This document shows, piece after piece, positions 1-11,837 of a stretch of DNA of 64,000 nucleotides. Source of the stretch: Octopus sinensis (taxonomy: Eukaryota); assembly GCF_006345805.1 (NCBI RefSeq), contig NC_043005.1:34906001-34970000 (forward strand). Reading direction: 5' to 3'. The translations under genes and the position numbers were made by a program. Below the pieces are notes generated by a model, which was not told where the DNA came from, did not search any database, and saw only the letters and a program-made list of their open reading frames with translations. Each line of letters begins with the position of its first letter. Position 1 is the stretch's first letter.

Positions 1-554
1 AGGGTATTGTCATTATTGTGCCATCTCTGCTAAACACATTTTAAGCTGTTTATTTATCAGCTAACAACTAAGAGTTATATAGGCAGTCTTCCAGTTATTA
101 AGTGCATGCATAAATCATGAGGCCTTACATATGCACAATGGTATACATGCAGTAACTATGTTCATACATTAGCAGGAGAATATATTTACCAAACTTTACC
201 AATTTATTCATATTTTTCATTCCCTCAACACACACACACAATTTGTAATAGAGAAATGTATTTAAAATCTTCAGGGTTTACTTACAAATGCTGCAAACAC
301 ATAGCAACATATATTTATATATGCACAGAAAACATATCTATGTGTTATATACACAAGAAGCTATTCTCTTGGTGATTATACATGTATGTATGCTTACATA
401 CATGCATATACATAAACTAATAAGAGCTTGTTTTCACAAAAGAGGGAGTAATTATTTCATAAAGCAAAACTATAATTTTCCATAAACCCTTGCTATCACT
501 TGTTACTAAAATAGATAAAACACAAGATATTGACAAAGAGCCACAGAGATCATC

Positions 555-925
555 ACCATTTAACATCCACTTTTGGTCCAATGGAATTTGTTGAGGTAAA
601 TTTTCTATGCCATGATGCCTTTCCAGTTGCCAACCTTCACTTGTTTCCACCAAGTTAATATTTCCCCATGGAAGACATGATTTTCATAGAAGAATGGAAA
701 CAAAAAGCATCACTTGTATGATGGTGATGCTAATTTAACAACCAATATATGATGCTAAGACAAGGGCACGCACACACACACCACATATATATTATGGGCT
801 TCTTTCAGTTTCTGTCTAACAAATCCACTCAAGGCTTTAGTTGGTTTGGATGACACTTATCCAAAGTGCCATGCAGTGTGACTAAACTTAAGATCATATG
901 GTTGGGAAGGAAGATTCTTAGCCAC
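555..925 (-). mobile_element. Composite tRNA-SINE (shared head at right, alternative 3' module at left)
   Basis: 775-925 is the reverse complement of the recurrent head (gtggttaagaa...ggttcagtc...gtagacggaaactgaaagaagccc), joined through a CA/TA tract to a module also seen at 16340, 28860 and 58965. Boundaries approximate. Confidence 0.6.
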
Positions 926-1309
926 AATCAAATGGATGTGAAACCTGAACTCCTACAGGACTATTATGACATGTTAAGATGGCAGAACTGTGAGAAAGCC
1001 AAGCACAATGATTAGCAACATTACTTCCTTCTTTACATTCTGAATTCAAATCTCGCTGGGGTCAATTTTGCCTTTTATCCTTTCAGGGTCAATAAAATAA
1101 GTACTAGTTGAACACTAGGGCTAATTTAATTGACTTAGTCCCTCTCCCCAAACCTGCTGGTCTTGTGCCAAGATTTGAAACCATTATGATATGTTAACAT
1201 CAAAATATGAAGACATTAACTACTTAGACCATTTGAAATTCAACCAGACAACTATTAAGAGTAGTTAGGAATATGGTGGTAAATAAAAGCCAGCCAATTA
1301 AATTCATAC

Positions 1310-1418
1310 GCAGCACTAATAAAATAGGCAACTGCCTGACCATTCAGGAATTCATGCTCATTTGGGAAGTGAATATTGAAGTATAAAATGAAAAAAAAAG
1401 AGAAAAGACGAGGTGCAA
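1310..1418 (-). CDS. Candidate internal exon of the minus-strand membrane-protein gene (xAPRLFSFFFILYFNIHFPNEHEFLNGQAVAYFISAx)
   Basis: Pyrimidine-rich acceptor tttgtttaacatatttcctggcaacag and donor GC|gtatga. 109 nt, open only in phase 1 in / 2 out; hydrophobic. Confidence 0.4.
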
Positions 1419-1579
1419 CTGTTGCCAGGAAATATGTTAAACAAAAGTCAGTGTTTTAAATGAGTTTTTGAAGGACCAGCAGTTAAATAATGAGTAGATA
1501 TAGGAATAAACTGAATGGTTCAATGCCAGACATGCAAAAACATGTGGCATTCGGTGATTAATGACTTATTCATTCTTAC

Positions 1580-1655
1580 TGTTATATGTTTAAATATGGG
1601 ACACTATCTTGATTATATCTGGCTGCTCTTATGAAGTAAAGTGTTAATGAAAACA
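1580..1655 (-). CDS. Candidate exon with an in-frame stop near its end (xFSLTLYFIRAARYNQDSVPYLNI*)
   Basis: Good acceptor cttgttatttcag and strong donor CA|gtaaga, but no fully open frame in 76 nt. Confidence 0.25.
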
Positions 1656-2263
1656 CTGAAATAACAAGCCCTGCTTGATGGTCACTCGCTGAAATCTTAA
1701 GGGCAGTCCATAGACCCACAATATATGGTATGTTTTATAAATGGTGAAGGCAAGAATTATGGCAGTATTACCAACTTAAATAAGAAGGCTGTCGTGTTGT
1801 GTGTGTGTGTGTGAGAAAGAGAGAGAGAGATCGAAGTAGAGAGAATTGGTTCTAAAGAGGTATATTAGGAATAAAATAACAGATGAAATAGTGAATGACG
1901 ACTGGAAAGAGTGGAGTAGAAATGGTTTTGGAATTGCAAGATGTTGGAGTTTTATATGAAATGGAAAGTAGTGAAATATCCAGATTCATTTTACATTTAA
2001 AAAAAATAAGACAAAAAGAAAAGAGAGCAACAATAGAAATGAAGAATAGAATGATGATTGAGAGAACTGAAGCGAACCCTTAAAAACCAAATATAATGCT
2101 TCAGCATTTATAACCTTTAAAACTATCCTCAAATAAAAGGACTCCAAATAATAGCTGGATATGTTCTGGATTAGAATTTGTTAACATCTAATACAGCTTC
2201 TGACCTTTTCAACAATACAAATCCCTCATAAATTTTTCTATCTATCTTTATTTTCTGGTTTAC

Positions 2264-2291
2264 ATTTGACATATTCATAGCAATATTGTCC
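2264..2291 (-). CDS. Candidate 28-nt exon (GQYCYEYVK)
   Basis: Donor T|gtaaac; weak acceptor atgtctgtag. Found by a targeted search for a phase 0-to-1 exon, so it may be overfitted. Confidence 0.2.
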
Positions 2292-2393
2292 CTACAGACA
2301 TTACTTTCACAGTAGCATAGCAGTTGAAAACGAAAAAAAAAGAAAAATTTTTAGGGGTCTTATTTTTCTGCTGCATTATAAAACAGGAATCTA

Positions 2394-2787
2394 GGCACAG
2401 GCATAGCTGTGTGGTTAAGAAGTTTGTTTCCCAACCACAGGGTTTCAAGTTCAGTCTCACTGTTTGGCATATTGGACAAGTATCTTCTGCAACAGCCTCA
2501 GGCCAATCAAAGCCGTCTACGTGAATCTAGTAGACTGAAACTGAAAGAAGCCTGTTGTGTGTGTGTATTTATATATATATATATACACACACACACATAT
2601 GCATATGTATGCATGTGCATACACATATTCATGTGCTTGTTTGCATGTGTGAGTGTATATTTGTGTCACCTCTTCCCCATCTCTAAACATTCCTCACATC
2701 CTTATGGAACATGCCTCTCTTTACCACTTATGCTCTTCACCCTCACTATTCCCTGTGGGTAGGTCCCAATATGTCTCCAGCACCTAT

Positions 2788-2818
<31 letters not shown>

Positions 2819-3252
2819 ACATACACAGACACACTCTATCTTTCTAACTCAATCTCACCTTCCTCTCCTTCCTTTCCTACTGGGGTAGTCAAGTATCTCT
2901 TCAATAGTTAGACACCTATCTCTATCCCTCTATTATACTCAAACCTCTTACTTGGCATTCTGCCACTTCCCCTAATTCCACTCTCCCAGCTGGGAGGTCA
3001 TCATTTCGCAAGTTACTTGGCAACCCTGATGGTGTTTGCATCACATAAAAGCACTAGTTCTGGTGCCATACTAAATGCACCCAGTACACTCTATAAAGTG
3101 GTTCGCATTAAGACAGGCATCCAGCCATAGAAACAATGCTAAAGTAGACAATGGATCTTGGTGCAACTCTCTAGCTTGTCGGCTCTGATAAAACCATCCA
3201 GCACATGCCAGCATGGAAGACAGATATTAAATGATGATGATGATGATGATGA
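2394..3252 (+). mobile_element. Composite tRNA-SINE: head, microsatellites and 3' module ending in (ATG)n
   Basis: Head with A/B-box-like gtgtggttaagaag...gggtttcaagttc at about 2400-2460. Tail ...ccagcatggaagacagatattaaatgatgatgatg at about 3205-3252. Confidence 0.6.
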
Positions 3253-3429
3253 TATGTAAAGGACTTTTTTCAGTTTTTTTCTCCCAAATCCATTCACAAG
3301 GTTTTGGTCACCCATGGTTATTGTAGAAAACACTTGCCCAAGGTGCCATAGCATGAGACTGAACCCAGAGCCATGTGGTTGGAAAGCAAACTTCTTAACC
3401 ACACACCCATGCCAGTTCACACACACACA

Positions 3430-4032
3430 TGATGGTCTCCTTGTTTAAGTTGGTGAATGCTGCCTTAATCCTTGCCTGCAGTTCATCATTGGGGATTGCA
3501 GTCTGGGGAATTAGGTGGCCAGATGTTAGGGGTGATGTGGTCACAGAAATTGTCTGACAGCTATGACTGGGTTCTCCTGCTTGTGTGGCATGGTCCAAAG
3601 TTCTGTTGCCAGACATAGAGTCTTCCAGTAGCCATCCTGTTGACCCAGAGAAGCACTACCTCCTCCAGGCACTTGATGTAGGCTTCTGTATTGTGTCCAA
3701 GGCCATGTGGGAAGATGACTGGAGGCATAACATCACCATTACTAGTTATCACTTCAAATACCATGATGTTGACTGGATGTTTGACTTTTATGCACTGTCC
3801 TCAGGTTGACATCCAAACACTCTGAAATGTTCATATTGGAGATTCTGGCATGAATGCCAAGCAGTACAGTATATTGTTTCCAAATTTCTAGTAGAGTGAA
3901 TTGCATCATGGTGCTGTTTTTCTCACAGATAGTGCCCATCTGACCCTACTATACTGTGTAGTTGACAAAATCAAAAACAATGTGCATGCACGAAATAAAA
4001 ATATAAAATGGTGACAATTTACCCATCACACC

Positions 4033-4037
<5 letters not shown>
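3430..4037 (-). mobile_element. Degenerate, internally deleted Tc1/mariner element (maT/DD37D-like)
   Basis: Minus ORF MVFEVITSNGDVMPPVIFPHGL...YIKCLEEVVLLW...YVWQQNFGPCH and C-terminal ELQARIKAAF. Terminus cagagggtgtgatgggtaaattgtcacc. Second copy at 27721-28185. Confidence 0.75.
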
Positions 4038-4070
<33 letters not shown>

Positions 4071-4954
4071 ATAAAATTTCTCTAAGATAAGTATATATTC
4101 ATATTTAAGATCTTTAAATTTTACTATTTATAAGTCTTATGGTATAATATTATTGTTTTTTTATGTATATATCGTTGTTTATCCAATTATCGTAATTTTC
4201 TATATAATTATTAGATATTAACTTTAAGTTTATTCGTAAGAATTTACTTAGCAATAGATATGTTGTTTGATAGCAAGTATATGAGTTTGTATAAGTTAGA
4301 TTCATGTATATACATGTATTAATAGCATTAATTGTATTTTTAAATTTCTTATAATTATTATTTTAACTTATATATTGTCTTTTTAAATTATTTGCAAGTT
4401 ACATTATTCCCATTGATAAATATATTTATGGTATTTATTTGTTACTATATAACTACGAATTGATTATTTCTTCAAGTACTTTAAAGATAAGATTTTTGAA
4501 ATTTATTATTTAGCCAAAGAGATAAAGATAGTTAATTTACTATAACGTTCGTTTAAGATGGTTTGTTTGTATTTTTGAAATTAGCTATTTCATCTTTAAA
4601 TATGAAAAATTAATTTATTAGGTCTTTATTATATGTGCATATATATTTATTTATAGAGATTATTTCGATCTTAATTATATATTTATATACATTTATATAT
4701 TTTCATTGATAATTTATATATTATTTAAATTTTATATTTTAATAATATGAATAATCATTTTTTTTGTAAAATATTTATGTAATTAGATATTGACTATTAC
4801 TGATATTAGATTATTGGTGGGTTTCTTACCTTAAAAATTAAAATTAATATTTAACATTATAATCGTTGTTTTGACATAATCATAATCGTTAAGTTTCTAG
4901 AGTTTTTTATGAGAAAATTTATTATATTATTTATTTCTTAAAAAATATTTATTA

Positions 4955-5047
4955 ACCTGAAGATTGACTGTAACCATAACTCGAATTATTAATTGAATTT
5001 AAATTATTGTTATTCGAATTGGTTACGGGCATGAAATGATCGTAGTG
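4955..5047 (+). ncRNA. Degenerate type I hammerhead ribozyme remnant
   Basis: CTGAAGA 4957-4963; imperfect stem II ttgactgtaacca (4964-4976) / tggttacgggcat (5020-5032); GAAA 5033-5036; TGATCG-TA short stem III with GUA site; only 2 bp of stem I. Confidence 0.5.
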
Positions 5048-5212
5048 TTTTTACTCTTTATCTTATTAAACTTTTAATACTTTTTGATAGTTTATAAAAA
5101 ATAAATAAATAAATAAATAAATATAAAAATATAAAAAAATAAAATAAAAAATATAAATAAAAATAAGAAAAATAAATAATTAAATAAAATAATAATAAAA
5201 ATATATATATAT

Positions 5213-5614
5213 TTATAATTTATAAGTTTAAATTATTAATTTAAATAATTTTTTAAAATTTTAACTTTAATTTAAATATTTTAATTGGATTTCTATATTT
5301 TATATTTTATATTTTTTATATATTTTTTAATTAATTTTATTTCTATGTATTGGCTTATGATTTTCACTGTTTGATTTGCCTAGTAGTGGTTTTATCTCTA
5401 ATTTAATATAATATATATATATTATAATTTATAAGTTTAAATTATTAATTTAAATAATTTTTTAAAATTTTAACTTTAATTTAAATATTTTAATTGGATT
5501 TCTATATATTATATTTTATATTTTTTATATATTTTTTAATTAATTTTATTTCTATGTATTGGCTTATGATTTTCACTGTTTGATTTGCCTAGTAGTGGTT
5601 TTATCTCTAATTTA

Positions 5615-5630
<16 letters not shown>
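5213..5630. repeat. Near-perfect tandem duplication, period 209 bp
   Basis: tataagttta at 5221 and 5430; tggcttatga at 5351 and 5560. One substitution seen. Confidence 0.9.
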
Positions 5631-5656
<26 letters not shown>

Positions 5657-5943
5657 ATAAAAATATCAGTCATTGTTCTTAGAGAGAAAAACAAAACACT
5701 CAACAATATGATAAATGTGAGGATGTATAATATATTTTTACTCAGGCTAGGGACATTAAGTATACACACACGCACACACACAAAAGAAAATAGAGTAGTA
5801 TCTCCAGAGGCATTTTATGGCTACTGTAATAATGTCAACTTGGACATTGTTTCATAAAGTCCCATATGTTTATACTGTGTTTATAAATAGGGCAGAAACT
5901 TCAACCTAAATAGGAATGCTATGCAAGTATATCAATAACACAC

Positions 5944-5985
5944 CATAAATCTGAGTTTTTTTTTCTTTATATATGTCCTCCACCA
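5944..5985 (-). CDS. Candidate 42-nt exon (WWRTYIKKKKLRFM, phase 0-0)
   Basis: Excellent acceptor ggttttattttactgtttcctcag; donor G|gtgtgt; phase matches the 7216-7271 exon. Confidence 0.35.
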
Positions 5986-6350
5986 CTGAGGAAACAGTAA
6001 AATAAAACCAAAATGTCTCTTGAATAACAGTATATTCTTAGTCAAGAAACACTTCTCCAAACTTAACAGCTTAACAAAAGAATAAGTAAAATAAAAAGCA
6101 ATACATAATCTATAAGTTCTTAGATTTCTTTCAAAATTCAGTCTGTTTTAAGTTTGACAAACACATCCAGAAGAACAACTATTTATTCTAAAGACAGAAA
6201 CAGTTTTAAAGTGAACAAAAAGAAAACAATAACTGTTTGGCATAGTTTCTACACATTGATGCCCTTCCAAATATATACTGAGTACTTTTTCACAGCACCG
6301 GCACAAGTGAGGCCACAAGACCCTTCAGCTGAGTACAGTATTGAAGGATG

Positions 6351-6409
<59 letters not shown>

Positions 6410-7215
6410 AGAGAGAGAGAAAGGGAGAGAGGGACATTCAGGTACACATGTACACACATATATTAAGGTTATTATTTTTAAATGAATAACAACAGAACAA
6501 TTATTAAGGTAGGAGTAATAGATTCAATACTGAAAGTAAAATCAAATTTACTACAAAATCTGTTTTGACTGGGACTTTTAAGTTTCAACTCTGATTGATA
6601 AGCCATCAGGCAAAACTGAAGTCCCAATCAGACTGAATTTTATAATATATATTTAACATATAACTTTCCAAGTTAGCACTGGTTGGACAGCTCCACAAAA
6701 TTTGATATCTACTTTTTTTTTTTTCTAAAGTTGGTTGCCTTTCTATAACTGTTCCTAGCATAGGCACAAGGCCAGAAATTTATGAGAGTGAGAATAATCA
6801 ACCAAAGTACTTCACTAGTACTATATTCTAAAGGATGAAAGGCAAAGTTGACCTCAGCAAGATAAAAAACCAGATCAAATACCACAATGCTCTAATGATT
6901 CTGTCAACCATTCTATAATTTTTCTAATGTAAGCACAAGGCTTGAAATTTGGAGGGAAGGATCAATTACATCAACTCCAGTACACAATTGGTAATTATTG
7001 ACTCTGAAGGGATGAAGAGCAAAGTTGTCCCAGAGGAATTTGAACTCCAAATGTAAAGCAAGAAGAAATGCCACAAAGTATTTTGTCCAGAATGCTAACA
7101 AGTCTACAAGCTCACCTTTCTATAATGCTAACTATTTACTGCAGTGCAAGGTTAGTATTTATATTCCCATCTATGTTGAGAAGTTAAATAGAAGAATTAT
7201 GAAGAATATAGATAC

Positions 7216-7271
7216 CAGTTCTTCAAGTGTATCAGTTCTTCTTGATAATTTAATCCCCTCAGCCATAATAT
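7216..7271 (-). CDS. Candidate 56-nt exon (DIMAEGIKLSRRTDTLEEL, phase 1-0)
   Basis: Acceptor catttctattgtag, donor CTG|gtatct; open and in phase with 8861-8909. Confidence 0.4.
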
Positions 7272-8167
7272 CTACAATAGAAATGATCAAGCAATGAGGA
7301 GCTCACTACATGGTCTCTGCATGACCTGTTAGATATAGCAGTCAAATTGAGCTCAAATAACATCTTAAGTTCTTTAAGAAAGAAAGATATATATAATACT
7401 TAAACATTTTGATTTATAACATGTGAGTTAACAGCAAAACCACTTTATCCTTTCAGTCAACATACTTCTATTCATAGAGAATTGCTATAAAGAAGTAGCC
7501 TGAATTATTGATGGCAGCATTGAAGCATATACAGTACGTACATAAACAGAGTTATTGAAAATATGTTGTTGAGAAAGGAAACAGAGAATTTAAAAAAAAA
7601 AAAAAAAACTAGGTAGGTTGTTATAGTCTGGGAATGAGAACTCATTAGTGCTTACCTAATAACAGGATAATGTTTCTGCTACTAATAATAACAACAACAA
7701 TATCTAGCACTATTCCTACTAGCCCTATCACCATCTCCACCACTACAGCTATTACTAACAATACCATAAGTGCTGGTAGCCCTTCCTACATCAATATTAT
7801 CAATACACCTACATTATCATTATACATGAGTTGATAAGTTAATGAGGGAGCCTCTATGTGCTCACTCAATCAGTTAGAAATAACTGCTAAATCTCTCTCA
7901 AATTACAATCTACTGTCTTATTGAAGAATATTTTGAACAATGTAATCCTTGATATTTAAACAAAAAGATTGGCTAGTCCTGCTGCTCTTACAATGGTATA
8001 GGATATACAATGGTATAGGAGTTGTTAAAGGTGATGTATCCATATTACCAACAGTCTGACACATATTGAAGGCAATCCTCCAATATGGCCCTCATTGTAA
8101 AACAAATAAGCATATACACACACACACACATTCTCTTCTCAGACGAGCAAAATAGTTAGAAAAAATT

Positions 8168-8354
8168 TTGTGGCTGTGTGGTAAGAATCTTGCTTCCCAA
8201 CCACATGGTTCCAGGTTCAGTCCCACTGTGTGACACCTTGGGCAAATGTCTTCTACTATAGCCTTGGGTTGACCAAATCCTCGTGAGTGGATTTGGTAGA
8301 CAGAAACTGAAAGAAGCCCATCATGTATAAATATGTGTGTATAAATATGTGTAT

Positions 8355-8423
<69 letters not shown>

Positions 8424-8710
8424 ATATATAGAGATATATATATATACACACACATTCATATATATATCTATGTGTGTTTGTCTTTGTGTCTGTGTTTATT
8501 CCCCCACCCCCATCCAATCACTGCTTAACAGCTAGTGTTGGTGTGTTTACGTCCCTGTAACTTAGCAGTTCAGCAAAAGAGGCTGATAGACAAAGTACTA
8601 TGCTTAAGAAATAAGTCCTGGGGTCGAGTTGTTTGACTAAAAGCCTTCAAGGTGATGCTCCAGCACGGTCGCAGTTAAATGACTGAAACAAGCAAAAAAA
8701 TAAAAGAATA
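8168..8710 (+). mobile_element. Composite tRNA-SINE: head, (TA)n and a second type of 3' module
   Basis: Well-preserved head tgtggctgtgtggtaagaa...ggttcagtcccactg; tail ...gcagttaaatgactgaaacaagcaaaa. Confidence 0.7.
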
Positions 8711-8860
8711 TGGATTTTAAAAATCTGAATGGATATCTAACAAGTAGCTCAAACATCTTCCTTCTCAGCTTTAAGAATACAACATCAATGAAGAATATTC
8801 TCAATATTACATTCTTTTATCTTGTCTCTCTCATTCAGTTAAAATCTGCTTTACACTCAC

Positions 8861-8909
8861 CGCCACCATAAAGATATACATTAATACTATGAGCCAGCAA
8901 AGAAAATAT
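8861..8909 (-). CDS. Candidate 49-nt exon (IFSLLAHSINVYLYGG, phase 0-1; alternative open frame YFLCWLIVLMYIFMVA)
   Basis: Acceptor ctctctcactatttatgtag and consensus donor GCG|gtgagt, in non-repetitive sequence. Confidence 0.45.
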
Positions 8910-9384
8910 CTACATAAATAGTGAGAGAGTTAAACTTTCTTTACTTAAATTATCTGAATAATGGTATATTTGGAATTTGACACGTTCTCTTTTTTCTATA
9001 AACAAAATTAATATCAAACAACATATAATAGTATACAGTTTTAATACACCATCAAAAGACAGCCAGCCAAGTACCAAAAATCAGTTCTTTAGTGAGTTAG
9101 TCACAAACTCATAAATTCCTTGGCAAATTTTCCTCCAGTGCAAAGACAACTACAGACATAGTGTATAGACTGATGTCAGTGACTGGGTTACATGGTGGAT
9201 GGTAGCACAAGACAGTTTAAATCAGCAGTTATCAATCATTTTTTGGCAATGGACCCCAGTGATTCCTATTTTACTCCAGAGCTATTTGATGTGTATAAAA
9301 AAAAACATCCAATTGTATTTTTAAAATTAAATATTATTAAGAATTGTACAAAAAAATTGTTGAAACATTTTATGTATTTTCTTT

Positions 9385-9610
9385 AAATCTTTTCTTGTTT
9401 CAACCATTTGATTGCAGCCATGCTGGAGCACCACCTTAAAGGCTTTTTTAGTCGAAGAAACTGATCCCAGAACTTATTCTTTGTAAGCCTGGTAATTATT
9501 CTATTAGCCATTTTTGCCAAACCACTAAGTAATGGAGATGTAAACATGCCTACATTGGTTGTCAAGCAATGGTGGCGGGGACAAACAAACACACACACAC
9601 ACACACAAAC
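9385..9610 (-). mobile_element. Headless SINE 3' module
   Basis: gcagccatgctggagcacc...cttattctttgtaagcctggta...caagcaatggtggcggggacaaac, matching 18985 and 37570. Confidence 0.7.
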
Positions 9611-9880
9611 ATAAACATATATAAAAGATAATTTAATAACTTTGTTAAGCCAAAAAGTAATTTCATTAAACCAAAGAATAAAAAAAATAGGACTGCAGCT
9701 GGAAGTGCTCGGGTGACACTTAGATGAAAGGAGAAATATATTGAAAGGTATAATGAATAAACGCTCCAATAGGTCAAAGCAAATTTATATCATTCCCAAA
9801 TTATCACAAATCGAATATAAATATATATTAAAGCAACAGAGTACCCAATGGAAAAATCCAATAGTACAAAATATACACAT

Positions 9881-10032
9881 ATACACAAATAAAAGGTGAT
9901 AGTCAAATGAAGAAAATATATGGATTAAATTAATGCATTAAATTCTTATGTATCAGTTTAATCCATATACTTTTCTTCATTCGACTTCACTCATATTACC
10001 CTTTTAGGTTTTATCACCTTTTATTTGTGTAT
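9881..10032. repeat. Foldback / MITE-like inverted repeat
   Basis: Perfect 21-bp outer IR atacacaaataaaaggtgata / tatcaccttttatttgtgtat plus an inner ~28-bp imperfect IR. Confidence 0.8.
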
Positions 10033-10057
10033 AGAGTGGGTCAACTTAAGCTAGTAC

Positions 10058-10120
<63 letters not shown>

Positions 10121-11803
10121 CACACACACACACGATGGGCTTCTTTCTATTTCTGTCTATCAAATCCACTCTGAAGGCTTTGATTAGCCTGAGGCTAGAG
10201 TAGAAGAGCCTTGTCCAAAGTGCCATGCAGTGGAACCTCAAGCTTGGGAAGCAAGCTGCTTACCAAACAGCCACATAGAAGTATAACCTCTTTTTCTTTT
10301 AACAGCAAAATCTTCTGTAGACCCCTGTTGAGAAATAACCGTCTAAACTGAGAGAAAACCATTAATACAGGTATCACTTAAGGCAGAGGAGGAGGAGGAG
10401 AGAATTCAGATGAGAGAGTGGATCTTTTTACTTCTTTATGAATGGCCTCTATCTTCAGTTGTGTAACTATCACTAAAAAATCTGATTGAAAAACTACAGT
10501 ATGTACTGCAAACATATAGTAGGTACTACGAACAAAATAGCTACTTCTGAAATAGATTTTCAACAACAACAATAAATAATAATAATAATAAAACAATAAC
10601 CTAGAGCAACACCTTTAGTAGAAGTAAGGACAATGTCAAGGATATATTCAGAGCCTTTTATATAAGATTGTTATCTATTCATCATAACTAAAAAGTTGTA
10701 TCCTAAAATTTTACAGTTAACATAGAATGAAAATGAAAATGTTTCAAACAACAAGCTGATTCAAAACTGGAATGGGTTTGTTGAGTGTACAATATCTAGT
10801 TTACTATGTAGTGCAGACTGACTTGTGTGAAATTGTCAACGATTATCATCATTATCAATAACAAAACACCATGAACCAATGGTGGTTTGACATGCTGGAA
10901 ATAGCTGCTAAACCACCTTCAAATCAAACCACTTAGAGGAGGAAACATATTGTATAATACATTCCTGGGTTACCTGCACACAAGAAAAAGAAGGGATGGT
11001 CATGACTGGAATACCTTTATGCATATGTATGCTTGATCAAGCCTGATCTGGAGCTATGCAACAACATAATCAGTTAAACAGCTAATAAGACGGTGAAATC
11101 CCTCGTCAGACAGTTTTTGACACTTTTCTAAGCCTTAAACAGTTGTCATACAAGTCCAACATAAATATACTGATCACATATAAGAGCTTGATCAAACAAA
11201 AGATAATACCAGAGGCTTGACATTCCAGTTACTGCCAGATAGTTGGCAGGTCATTCCTCAGTCAAAGTTAGTTTATAAGTATAAATTTAACAACTATTAC
11301 TAATACCATCAACATAGACCACCAGTAACTAAGCCAACATGACCGTTATAAAGTAAATTATCAGGTCTCTCTGAGACTGCACCGACATCTCGATTTAGTT
11401 AGTGAAATATTACAGATTTCTTAGCCAGAGCTAATTTTTTTATGACGTAAACAAATAAACAACCAGCAGAAGGAATAGTTTTTAACTGTTCCTTCAAGAT
11501 AGAAAAACCTAATATTTTATTGAAAATCATTTGAATACACTTTTTTTAAGCAAACTATTTATATCCTCTCCTTTGTTAAGAGAGCACTAGCATTTTCACA
11601 CACATGTACACACACGACAGAAACAGGAATGGAGACAAGAAGAGCAGCAAGCTATAGAAAATTCTGCCTCAACGTTGTTTCTTATAACCTATGCTTGCAT
11701 GGAAACGTAGATATCAACTTGCAAATGATGGAAATATTCACTGTGAACATCCCTTTGACTTTTGTTGTTTTTATATTTGACTTAATCATTTGTTATTGGT
11801 TTG

Positions 11804-11837
<34 letters not shown>

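Noticed and set aside
2394-2470. tRNA genes at SINE heads
   Set aside because: Only A/B-box-like remnants; no complete cloverleaf.
4099-5100. ~330-codon minus-strand frame open under the ciliate code (TAA/TAG=Gln)
   Set aside because: Only six internal TGA triplets exist on that strand, so one frame avoiding them all is not unlikely, and the peptide resembles nothing I recognise.
4071-5630. NUMT (mitochondrial rRNA or control region)
   Set aside because: I found no diagnostic 12S/16S motifs and no open frame under the invertebrate mitochondrial code; only a BLAST could fully exclude a control-region origin.
11082-11115. CTAATAA-GACG...CGTC-AGAC as an eroded hammerhead
   Set aside because: Needs at least three core substitutions and lacks stems I and III.
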